Source: Candidatus Omnitrophota bacterium
Lineage (GTDB): Bacteria > Omnitrophota > Gorgyraeia > Tantalellales > Tantalellaceae
NCBI GenBank assembly: GCA_041667545.1
Contig: JBAYES010000004.1
Location: 152 to 64,151 of the forward strand
Length of the DNA: 64,000 nucleotides
Direction: 5' to 3'
Of this stretch, positions 1-7,904 are shown in pieces (positions within the stretch are counted from its first letter, which is position 1; each line of letters begins with the position of its first letter). The translations under genes were made by a program, and so were the position numbers. Under the pieces are notes generated by a model, which was not told where the DNA came from, did no database searches, and saw only the letters and a program-made list of their open reading frames with translations.

Positions 1-1
1 C

Positions 2-145
2 ACAGAAATAGAACTGGTGGAGATGAAACTTGAGACCATAGGGGGGGAAGAGACCATGTTCTTCCGTCTCAAATGCGAATTTGAAAAAAAAGAAGAGACT
101 CCGGTAAAAGCCGTGGAAAGAAAAAAGAGAAAAATTTTGAAGTGA
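2..145 (+). CDS. C-terminal fragment of an upstream gene, probably the pilus assembly protein PilN (5' end outside the window)
   Basis: Frame 2 is open from the window edge to a TGA at 143-145 (…ELVEMKLETIGGEETMFFRLKCEFEKKEETPVKAVERKKRKILK*). It sits directly upstream of pilO-pilP-pilQ, consistent with the pilMNOPQ order. No sequence motif supports the call by itself. Confidence 0.3.
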   Translation, partial: TEIELVEMKLETIGGEETMFFRLKCEFEKKEETPVKAVERKKRKILK

Positions 146-164
146 CCCGGTATAAGGAAAAAAC

Positions 165-779
165 GTGAACATCAAAGATCTCAGAATGGAAGACGTAAAA
201 GAGTTTCTTTATGATCCTCAAAAGAGGGCATATTTTATTCTGGCCGCGGCGGCTCTTTTTTTTCTTATTATTCTTTTCTGGGCGGTTATCCCCGGTGCCG
301 GGATAGTCATAACAAGGATAGCGACACAGAGTAACCTTGAAAAAACCATAGATCTTGCCGAGAAGGATATAGCAAAGCTTCCCATCGTGAGGGACAAACT
401 TGCCGGGCTTAAAGAAGAGTATGGCTTCTATTCGATAAAAATACCAAGCCGTAAAGAGATAGGGGAATTCCTTGAAAGTCTGGCTGTTACCGCCGGGAGA
501 TCGGATGTGAGGCTTCTAAGCGTAACCCCCCTTGATCAGACCGCTGTAACTACATTCAAACCTGTCGAGAAATATTCAGATATGATGCTTATTATTTCGG
601 CTAAGGGAGGGTATCATCAGATAAACCGTTTTGTTGAATATCTCGAAAGTGGAAGAGGGTTTTCATCTATACGGGACATTCGTATACAGAACGACACCAA
701 GAATCCAACAAGACATGACGCGCACATTGTTTTGAAAGTATATGTTTTTGACGGAGACAGTCTTGATGAAAAAAAATAA
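165..779 (+). CDS. pilO: Type IV pilus assembly protein PilO-like (GTG start)
   Basis: 204 aa with a single N-terminal TM helix (FILAAAALFFLIILFWAVIPGAGIV) followed by a coiled-coil and a periplasmic domain. It lies immediately upstream of pilP and pilQ. Confidence 0.65.
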   Translation: MNIKDLRMEDVKEFLYDPQKRAYFILAAAALFFLIILFWAVIPGAGIVITRIATQSNLEKTIDLAEKDIAKLPIVRDKLAGLKEEYGFYSIKIPSRKEIGEFLESLAVTAGRSDVRLLSVTPLDQTAVTTFKPVEKYSDMMLIISAKGGYHQINRFVEYLESGRGFSSIRDIRIQNDTKNPTRHDAHIVLKVYVFDGDSLDEKK

Positions 780-1128
780 ACGCCATTATGTTTTTTTGAT
801 TTGCATTGTTTTGTTGCCGGTAATGTCGGCCTTTTGGGGAATGGAAGTGTTTTCTCAGGAAATGCACAGGAGCAGGGACCCTTTTGTGCCTCTTGTCGGC
901 GGAGGTTATGAAAGGTCTTTTTCGGGCATAGACCGCATTTTTACCCCGTCTGACGTAAGATTTGAGGGTATAATTTCCGGCGCGGGAGGGAAAAAGGCGA
1001 TTGTCCTGAATGGAGAGATGATCTCTGAAGGCCAAACGATAGGGCTTGTGACAGTAAAAAGCATCGGTATGAACAAGGCTGAGATATACATTGACGGAGT
1101 AAGGCACATTATAGCGCTTTACGAGTAA
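766..1128 (+). CDS. pilP: Pilus assembly protein PilP-like
   Basis: Small protein with a signal/TM segment (HYVFLICIVLLPVMSAF) and the RDPF(V)P motif characteristic of PilP, placed just before the secretin gene. The ORF track starts at 742; the in-frame ATG at 766 (MKKNKRHY) avoids the overlap with pilO and is preferred. Confidence 0.6.
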   Translation: MKKNKRHYVFLICIVLLPVMSAFWGMEVFSQEMHRSRDPFVPLVGGGYERSFSGIDRIFTPSDVRFEGIISGAGGKKAIVLNGEMISEGQTIGLVTVKSIGMNKAEIYIDGVRHIIALYE

Positions 1129-1178
1129 AATATATACGCAAGGTTTTTTATCTTTACCACTTTTTAGAAGGGGGAAAT

Positions 1179-3035
1179 ATGGAATGTAGAAAAAGGATGA
1201 TCAGAAAAATTTCGCCTTTCGCCGCGGCTGTTGTATTTTTATGGTCTTTTTCATCGGATCTTTTTTACGCTCAGACGGCATACGGATATGCGGCCGAAGG
1301 AGGCGAAATGGATCCCGGAGCTGCCTTTTCTGATGCAACCCCGGACGTAGCGGAGCTTTCGCCCGGGAATGTAACTGTAAATTTCCGTGATGTAGACGTT
1401 AATACTGTTCTGCACTATCTTTCCGAAGTGAGCGGTGTGGATATTATCCCTCATCCCGATATCAGGGGCAAGGTCACGATGCGTCTCAGGGATAAGTCAT
1501 GGCTGGACGCCCTTGAAATAGTTACAAGGAACTACGGGTATGTGTATTCCATGGAAAGCGGGATAATAAGGGTTATGCCGAGAGGCCAGCTTGAAAAAGA
1601 AGAGCCGGTCACAGAGGTTATCCGGCTTAATAACCTTACTATGGAGACGGAGCTGACTAAAGGCGCGGCATCTTCCGGCGGCGGGGGAGCTCTCGCTGCC
1701 CTAAGCGGCGGAGATACAGGCGGCTCTAAAAGTTCCACAGGCGAGGTTAGGGTAGAGCAGAAAGAGGAAAGCATAGGGAAGCTTATAAAAGCAATAAATG
1801 CCATTCTTGACCGCAAACGGGGAGAAGATGCCACTTATATTCCCAGTGTTAATGCCATTGTTGTAACGGCTATCCCCACAAAAATGAGCAGGATCAGGAA
1901 CATAGTGGAAAGTATCGACCGGAGACCCGCCCAGATAGTTCTTGATGCCAAAGTTGTTGAGATAACGCTTAACAAGGACGAAAGGTTCGGCGTGGATTGG
2001 AATGCTGTTATGTCTGCCGCCGGGGCGAGACGGCCTATAACTTTTCCCTTTACTTCAGAAGGCCTTTTAACATTTTTGCCCGGACAGATGCAGCGGCAGT
2101 TTATTCCGAAATTTGGGCCTGCAGGGACTCAGCAAGATTCCAGGTTTCCGTATATGGAAGATACACTAACTGCTTCGCTCTTTGATCCGGTAGCGGCGCC
2201 TGTCGATGGGTCGCTGTACAGTCTGGGGACTCTTGATTTTTCGACTTTCAACGCCACTTTACGGCTTATTGACCAGAGAGGAGACGCGGAGATACTTTCA
2301 AGTCCTCGGATAACAACCTTAAATAACCGGAAAGCGACAATAAAGGTAATAGAAAAGGTAATGCTTCAAAGATCCGTGCAGACAACACAGGTATCGTCAC
2401 TGGTTACAGTTGAATTTGAGGATGAAAAAGACGCTCGTGAAGTGGGAGTCAAGCTGGCGGTTATCCCGCATGTAAACGATAGAGGAGAAATATCCGTTAA
2501 TCTTTTGCCTGAAGTATCCTCGGACATAGCTTTCACAGAGGTTTCTGCTGTGGCGGGGAATACGGTGGCTCTGACATACAGTTCAAGAGAGGCCAATACT
2601 GTGGTCCGTGTGAACGACGGCGAAACAATTTTTTTGGGAGGGCTTATCCGTAGAAATGTTGAAACTACCGAAAATAAATTTCCCGTACTTGGTGATATTT
2701 TCGGGGGGATACCTGTACTTGGTAATGTGTTCAAATACGATGCTGAAAATATCACAAGGACTGAAGTGGTTTTCTTCGTTACGGTACATATTGTCAAAGA
2801 TACCATGGATTCCGTGCTATTTATGGACGCGGAAGAACATTATGATAAGCACATTACAAGGGAAGGAAGAGATAAATTTGGCGATAGAGTAGAGTCACCC
2901 GAAGGGGAAAGCTCTTTTTTTCTAAAGCGCGGGCAGTGGAATACTTCGGAAAAAACGGAAGTAATAGAATCTGTAAAACAGCCCGCCGAAGAAGAGAAGA
3001 AAAAAGGCGCGTTCATTGATTTTAGGAAGAAGTGA
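1179..3035 (+). CDS. pilQ: Type IV pilus secretin PilQ
   Basis: 618 aa with a signal peptide. It has N-terminal secretin-N/AMIN-like repeats (NVTVNFRDVDVNTVLHYLSEVSGVDII…) and the C-terminal secretin core (GETIFLGGLIRRNVETTENKFPVLGDIFGGIPVLGNVFKYD…TEVVFFVTVHIV). Confidence 0.9.
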   Translation: MECRKRMIRKISPFAAAVVFLWSFSSDLFYAQTAYGYAAEGGEMDPGAAFSDATPDVAELSPGNVTVNFRDVDVNTVLHYLSEVSGVDIIPHPDIRGKVTMRLRDKSWLDALEIVTRNYGYVYSMESGIIRVMPRGQLEKEEPVTEVIRLNNLTMETELTKGAASSGGGGALAALSGGDTGGSKSSTGEVRVEQKEESIGKLIKAINAILDRKRGEDATYIPSVNAIVVTAIPTKMSRIRNIVESIDRRPAQIVLDAKVVEITLNKDERFGVDWNAVMSAAGARRPITFPFTSEGLLTFLPGQMQRQFIPKFGPAGTQQDSRFPYMEDTLTASLFDPVAAPVDGSLYSLGTLDFSTFNATLRLIDQRGDAEILSSPRITTLNNRKATIKVIEKVMLQRSVQTTQVSSLVTVEFEDEKDAREVGVKLAVIPHVNDRGEISVNLLPEVSSDIAFTEVSAVAGNTVALTYSSREANTVVRVNDGETIFLGGLIRRNVETTENKFPVLGDIFGGIPVLGNVFKYDAENITRTEVVFFVTVHIVKDTMDSVLFMDAEEHYDKHITREGRDKFGDRVESPEGESSFFLKRGQWNTSEKTEVIESVKQPAEEEKKKGAFIDFRKK

Positions 3036-3037
3036 AA

Positions 3038-3082
3038 GTTGATAGTAAAAGTCCATAGTCCATAGTTTGGGAACTTGACTCT
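3038..3082 (+). repeat. CCATAGT-heptamer / TTTGGGAACTTGAC repeat element (copy 1)
   Basis: GTCCATAGTCCATAGTTTGGGAACTTGACT lies 13-45 nt upstream of the DUF2344-rng operon start. Confidence 0.7.
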
Positions 3083-3094
3083 AGTTTACGCCAT

Positions 3095-3394
3095 ATGAAC
3101 ATCAGGTATAATACGGTTTTCTCGAAAAAAGGGGATATGGTTTATATTTCCCATCTGGATCTTATGACCCTTTTCAGGAGGGCCATAAGAAGGGCGGATT
3201 TTCCTTTTTTTCTGACGGGCGGGTTTTCTCCTCGTGTCAAAATAAGTATGCCTAAAGCTCTCAAGCTTGGGGTCGAGAGCGACTGCGAAGAGATGTCGAT
3301 GTGGCTTACCGAAAACGTTCCCGAAAAAATAGTAGAAGAGCGTATGAACTTTTGCCTTCCCGAAGGGGTTAGAATTTTAAAGGTATTCAAATAA
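3095..3394 (+). CDS. DUF2344 / radical-SAM-linked (TIGR03936-like) protein, unusually short
   Basis: 99 aa containing YISHLDLMTLFRRAIRRADFPFFLTGGFSPRVKIS, which matches the conserved ISHLD…RRA…GFxP signature of the DUF2344 family that commonly sits beside RNase E/G genes. Confidence 0.55.
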   Translation: MNIRYNTVFSKKGDMVYISHLDLMTLFRRAIRRADFPFFLTGGFSPRVKISMPKALKLGVESDCEEMSMWLTENVPEKIVEERMNFCLPEGVRILKVFK

Positions 3395-3414
3395 GAGTTT
3401 TTAAGGAGAGAAGG

Positions 3415-4962
3415 ATGAGAAGAAATCAGCAAAAAGACAAGAAAGACCGGCATTTGCTAAAGGAGATGCTTGTAGACACAAGTCCCATAGAGACAAGAGT
3501 GGCGGTAATGGATAACGGAGAACTTGTGGATTTTTTTATGGAAAGAAAAAGCCGCGTGCATTACGCGGGTAGTATTTATAAAGGCAAAGTCAGCGCTATA
3601 CTACAGGGCATAGACGCCGCCTTTGTAGATATAGGAATGGAAAAGAACGGCTTTCTTCATGTGAGCGATGTAATGGACAAAGATTCGGCCCTGAAGCATC
3701 TTTTGCCGGAAGAAGACACAGCCGAGGTCAGGAAACCGAAAAATGCTCCGCTTCCCAAGATAAAGGAGATCCTCAAGGTGGGCGAGGAAAGAATGGTACA
3801 GGTGGTCAAAGAGGCTATGGGGACAAAGGGGCCCCGTCTTACCACTTTTGTGAGCCTGCCCGGTCGATACCTGGTTCTTACTCCTTATGACAAGGGCCTT
3901 GGTATATCGCGCAGAATAACAGACAAGAACGAAAGAAAGAGAATTCGCGATATTATTGCCAAGATAGGGGGCGTTGAAGAGACGGGATGCATAGTAAGAA
4001 CGGTGGCAGAGGGACGCTCGGAAGAAGAGATACTTAGCGAATACAGATATCTGGTGAACTTATGGAAAACTGTTCGCGACAGGGCTAATAAGCAGAAGGC
4101 CCCCGTTACGGTGTATGAAGAATACGGTCTAGTTTTGCGTATGATAAGGGATGTTTTCTCAAAGGACATAAGCCGGTTTCTTGTGGATTCCAGAGAAGAA
4201 CATGCCAAAATAATGAGATTCCTTAAGTCTTACATGCCCTCTTTGCGGAACAATGTAAAGCTTTATAACGGAAAAACGCCGCTTTTTCAAAAGTATGATC
4301 TTGAGCGCCAGATAGACAGGATATTCGAGCGTAAAGTGCCGCTTAAAAGCGGGGGGTACCTAATTATAGAGCAAACCGAGGGGGTTGTTGTCGTAGATGT
4401 CAATACCGGAAGTTTTGTAGGTAAAAAGGGCCTCGAGCAAACGGCTTTTAAAACAAATATGGAAGCGGCCGAGGAAATCCCGAAACAGCTCATGTTGAGG
4501 GATATCGGCGGCATAATTATAATCGATTTTATTGACATGGAGATAAGAGATCACAAGGAAAAGATATCGCATGCTTTAGAGAACGCTCTAAAACGCGATA
4601 AGGCGCGCATAAGCGTACGTGGAATAAGCCAGTTCGGTGTTGTTGAGATGACGCGCCAGAGGATGCGTAAAAGCCTGGAAAGCGCTTCGCGCGTTGAATG
4701 CCCGTATTGCGCGGGAAAGGGTATGATAAAAAGCGTCGAGACCATAGCCATAGAAGCCGTACGAAGTATAAACAAAAAATTCGGAGCGTCCCCCAAAAAA
4801 CTTAAACATGTGAATGTTATCCTTCATCCGGATATACACGACGCTCTCATTTCCGACCAGGCCGCTATGCTCAGCGATGTGCAAAGAAAATTCAGATGCA
4901 GGATAGACCTTCACGCCGACCGGGCCCTACACATAGAAGACGTCGTGATCGATGAGAAATAA
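3415..4962 (+). CDS. rng: Ribonuclease G/E family endoribonuclease (Rng/CafA-like)
   Basis: 515 aa with an S1 domain near the N-terminus, the RNase E/G catalytic core (GGYLIIEQTEGVVVVDVNTGSFVGKKG…IGGIIIIDFIDM) and a C-terminal Zn-link CPYCAGKG motif. Confidence 0.9.
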   Translation: MRRNQQKDKKDRHLLKEMLVDTSPIETRVAVMDNGELVDFFMERKSRVHYAGSIYKGKVSAILQGIDAAFVDIGMEKNGFLHVSDVMDKDSALKHLLPEEDTAEVRKPKNAPLPKIKEILKVGEERMVQVVKEAMGTKGPRLTTFVSLPGRYLVLTPYDKGLGISRRITDKNERKRIRDIIAKIGGVEETGCIVRTVAEGRSEEEILSEYRYLVNLWKTVRDRANKQKAPVTVYEEYGLVLRMIRDVFSKDISRFLVDSREEHAKIMRFLKSYMPSLRNNVKLYNGKTPLFQKYDLERQIDRIFERKVPLKSGGYLIIEQTEGVVVVDVNTGSFVGKKGLEQTAFKTNMEAAEEIPKQLMLRDIGGIIIIDFIDMEIRDHKEKISHALENALKRDKARISVRGISQFGVVEMTRQRMRKSLESASRVECPYCAGKGMIKSVETIAIEAVRSINKKFGASPKKLKHVNVILHPDIHDALISDQAAMLSDVQRKFRCRIDLHADRALHIEDVVIDEK

Positions 4963-5067
4963 CCAGGGACGGTTCTCAATCTGATCCTACACCTGTCCCA
5001 GATATAATCCCACACCTGTCCCACAGTTGAACCTACACCTGTCCCAGATCTAATCCCACACTTGTCC
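4963..5067 (+). repeat. 23-bp-period array of CC(T/C)ACAC(C/T)TGTCCC motifs beginning with CAGGGACGGTTCTCAAT (copy 1), directly after the rng stop
   Basis: Four 14-bp CCYACACYTGTCCC units separated by 9-bp AT-rich spacers, with the same leader sequence as at 18238. Confidence 0.75.
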
Positions 5068-5100
5068 CTCGCAGGGAATGCCAGACCCTTGTATCATCGG
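5060..5100 (+). repeat. Family D half-site (right TIR only) abutting the 23-bp array
   Basis: CACTTGTCCCTCGCAGGGAATGCCAGACCCTTGTATCATCGG matches the right TIR of family D. Confidence 0.5.
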
Positions 5101-5194
5101 CGCTGCAATCTTTTTAGTGCTTACGTGAGCAAACTGCTACCAAAACTTGGACTCTTTCCGTGGGATAGGGTATACTTTATTAAGGGGGAGTTTC

Positions 5195-5632
5195 ATGGAT
5201 CTTGATGTAAAGGGACAGAAAGGCGTGACGATGGTCGAGGTTGTGCTGGCTGTCGCTATTGTGTCATTTATCTCCCTGGCGATGGTCGCGGCCATATCTC
5301 AAAGTTCCGTTTTTTCCCGCACGATTGACACCACATACACTTCTTCTTATATCGCGAACAGGCGTATCGAGCTTATTAAACGTTTCAGTTTTGATCAGCT
5401 TGCCTTTACCGAGGAAACGGCTGTTAAGGTCGGGGTGGATGGGAATATCGATCCGGACGGGGACTATGTCAGGACAACCGAAATATCCACTAATTACGGC
5501 GGGAACTCGAATCTTACCAAGGTTAAAGTAACTGTTCGGCGTTTAAGGCTTTTGGCTTCGGGCGCAAAAGCGGAAGATACGTACGTGGGGTCGCCGGTCA
5601 TAATGGAAACATTGTTATCGAATTTTGAATGA
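5195..5632 (+). CDS. Prepilin-type minor pilin / pseudopilin
   Basis: It has a class III signal peptide (MDLDVKGQKG|VTMVEVVLAVAIVSFISLAMV) with Glu at +5 after the predicted cleavage site, and a hydrophobic N-terminal helix. The track ORF begins at 5147; the internal ATG at 5195 gives a typical short basic leader. Confidence 0.65.
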   Translation: MDLDVKGQKGVTMVEVVLAVAIVSFISLAMVAAISQSSVFSRTIDTTYTSSYIANRRIELIKRFSFDQLAFTEETAVKVGVDGNIDPDGDYVRTTEISTNYGGNSNLTKVKVTVRRLRLLASGAKAEDTYVGSPVIMETLLSNFE

Positions 5633-5656
5633 CCTTTGATCTGAGGAGTATATGCG

Positions 5657-7903
5657 ATGAGACGGATGGGCTTACTTAAAAAAAGCGGCGGATTCACTCT
5701 TGTAGAGGTCATGTTCGTGGCCGTTACAGTGGGAATAGTTGTAACCGCCATTGTGAGCACGTGGATATTCATGCAAAAAACCTGGACCACGGAGATAGCC
5801 CGCACTAATACCCGCATGGACATGATGAAAGCTATAGAGACATTGCGTGACGATCTCAGGCTTTCCACCCTCACTTACATGAGTTTTTACCCGGAAAACA
5901 CATGGCCGCACACGGCCGTAAGCCTTCCATTGGCTACACGTGATAATGACGGACTTTTTTCTATTTCCGGAGGAAAAATTGATTGGGACAGGACTGTTGT
6001 ATACCATGTCTGGGAAGGAACTCTCAGGCGCACTATTATCGATTCTTTTATCACCGACGCTAACGAAAGGTATTTGGAACTTGTGGGGATAGCCGAAAGC
6101 GGGGAGGGCCCTGTCGGGTCTTCAACGAAAGAGGATTTTCTGAGGGATATTGACGCCTTTGAGATATCTACAATTGCTCCTGTCATAGATTTTTACGAGG
6201 ATTCCGCCGATGCGCTACGGAGAAAAGCGCTTTTTGGATGGGTAAGATTATCCCCCGGGCAGCATACTTTAAGGTTCGAGATAGCCGATAAACACCCTCT
6301 TTCAGGGGGGTATTCGATAGGTATTGACAGCATATCGATAGAACCTTCGGGCAGCGCGAGAGACGCGGAATATTATATTTCAAGCGAGGCTCCGTCCGGA
6401 ATGATAATTTCAAGCGGAGGTTCTACCAGCCGAGTGCATGGTACAGAATGGAACAACGATAATTATCTTGAGTTTGACACATCAGCTCTGGGAGCGTACA
6501 TCGAGATCGAAGACGGCTATGATCTTTGGAGAGAATCAGCCTTTGATCAGGTGGCTCTAAGCAATACGCGCCGGGACGGTGAAGAACTCAGGATAATGCT
6601 TGACCTCCCCAAGGCATTTTGGCTGCCTGAGGACGCCGACGAGCCTCAGAACCTGAAGTGGTATGCCCATCAGCAGACCGGCGAGGCGGTGCAGGAAGGA
6701 CAGAACGGATATGTCAATCCGGAAGGGGACGGGGCGTTTGAACCTTCGGAGGCACTTGTAATAAGAACCTGGGTAAACCATCAGCACATAGATCTCGATA
6801 CAGCCGCCACGGGTAATGAGGTAGACCTTGTGAGGGTGAAATTCATGGCCGCGGACAGCGGAGATCTCAGGATAGAAAGGGCATATATAACGCGTAGGGA
6901 TATGGATTCCGCAGGATCCTATGACGGGCTTGTAAACATTTCATCCGCGGGAGGAGTGCCTTCGGAATATCATTTTCATCAGCAGCTTTTTTTTAAGGAT
7001 ACTTCAGGCGGGATAAGCGCGACACTTGAAATCCCTGCCGACTCAACTGAAAGAACTGCATGGAGCGAATGGACGGCCTTCCCCATAATAACCCGGGAGG
7101 GTGGAACGGATATAGACTATTTTGTGACATTCGTGGTAGACAACGTTGATAAAGCTGAAAGCAAATACTGGGAAGGCGCCGCAGGGAGCGTTAATTCTTA
7201 TTATGTGGGAATAATCCCCGGAGAAGAAAGTTTGGCCGGAATTCCCGACTGGTCGGCGGAAGGTGTTACGGTCGAGGAAAGCCGATTCATTTTCGCGGCG
7301 GCTGAAATAGACACGTGGAGAACGACGGGTTCGGTTGAGTCCAGAATTTTCGATACCGCGATATCTTTGCCTGAATATAACCAGATAAAATGGTCGGAGA
7401 ATAAACCCGTGGGAACGAGTGTTTCCGTGAAGGCCAGGTCGGGGGCAAGTATGGATATTTCAGACGCTTCCGACTGGAGCGCGATAGGGGATTCATCCAT
7501 AGGCGGCACCGGGAGATACCTTCAATTCCGAGCCGAACTTGCATGTACCCCCTATTGGCAAAGCGGGGGAGGGGTTTTAAGCTATTCCGATTATATTTCG
7601 CAGCATTTGGCGGGAGGGCTTCATTACGAGTTTCCCGCGAGCGGCGGAACGTATTATACTACAGGGCTTGCCGCCCCCTGGGTTGATGATATTGAAATAG
7701 ACTGGCCAGGAGTTGAGAGAATATGCGCTATAACGGGCCAGATAGCCCGGAAAAACGATTATGGCCAGGCAAAACTTACGGTTGACGGACAGGATCTTTT
7801 TAAAATATTGAGCGTGCGAGTAAAGACTGTGAAACACTTTCACGGGCGTGATATAGAAAATGAACATTATGTTGAGATAGAGCCCAGAAACACGGGAAAA
7901 TGA
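5657..7903 (+). CDS. Very large prepilin-type protein (748 aa), possibly a PilW/PilY1-like tip or adhesin component
   Basis: N-terminus MRRMGLLKKSGG|FTLVEVMFVAVTVGIVVTAIV is a canonical prepilin leader plus hydrophobic helix with E at +5. The remaining roughly 700 aa have no recognisable catalytic motifs. Confidence 0.7.
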   Translation: MRRMGLLKKSGGFTLVEVMFVAVTVGIVVTAIVSTWIFMQKTWTTEIARTNTRMDMMKAIETLRDDLRLSTLTYMSFYPENTWPHTAVSLPLATRDNDGLFSISGGKIDWDRTVVYHVWEGTLRRTIIDSFITDANERYLELVGIAESGEGPVGSSTKEDFLRDIDAFEISTIAPVIDFYEDSADALRRKALFGWVRLSPGQHTLRFEIADKHPLSGGYSIGIDSISIEPSGSARDAEYYISSEAPSGMIISSGGSTSRVHGTEWNNDNYLEFDTSALGAYIEIEDGYDLWRESAFDQVALSNTRRDGEELRIMLDLPKAFWLPEDADEPQNLKWYAHQQTGEAVQEGQNGYVNPEGDGAFEPSEALVIRTWVNHQHIDLDTAATGNEVDLVRVKFMAADSGDLRIERAYITRRDMDSAGSYDGLVNISSAGGVPSEYHFHQQLFFKDTSGGISATLEIPADSTERTAWSEWTAFPIITREGGTDIDYFVTFVVDNVDKAESKYWEGAAGSVNSYYVGIIPGEESLAGIPDWSAEGVTVEESRFIFAAAEIDTWRTTGSVESRIFDTAISLPEYNQIKWSENKPVGTSVSVKARSGASMDISDASDWSAIGDSSIGGTGRYLQFRAELACTPYWQSGGGVLSYSDYISQHLAGGLHYEFPASGGTYYTTGLAAPWVDDIEIDWPGVERICAITGQIARKNDYGQAKLTVDGQDLFKILSVRVKTVKHFHGRDIENEHYVEIEPRNTGK

Positions 7904-7904
7904 T

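Noticed and set aside
742-765. Upstream ATG for pilP at 742
   Set aside because: It would overlap pilO by 38 nt and add a non-hydrophobic MFLTETVL extension. The ATG at 766 begins with the basic-then-hydrophobic signal sequence expected for PilP.
3051-3080. Sigma-54 promoter interpretation of TTTGGGAACTTGAC
   Set aside because: The GG and GC elements are not at the required 10-nt spacing (TGGCAC-N5-TTGC). In copy 2 the motif ends only 22 nt before the rplU start codon, which leaves no room for a 5' UTR.
4963-5067. Possible CRISPR array (regularly spaced short repeats)
   Set aside because: The repeat unit is only 14 bp and the spacers 9 bp, far below CRISPR dimensions. The spacers are near-identical between units and there are no cas genes nearby. 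A second copy with the same spacers exists at 18238-18368.
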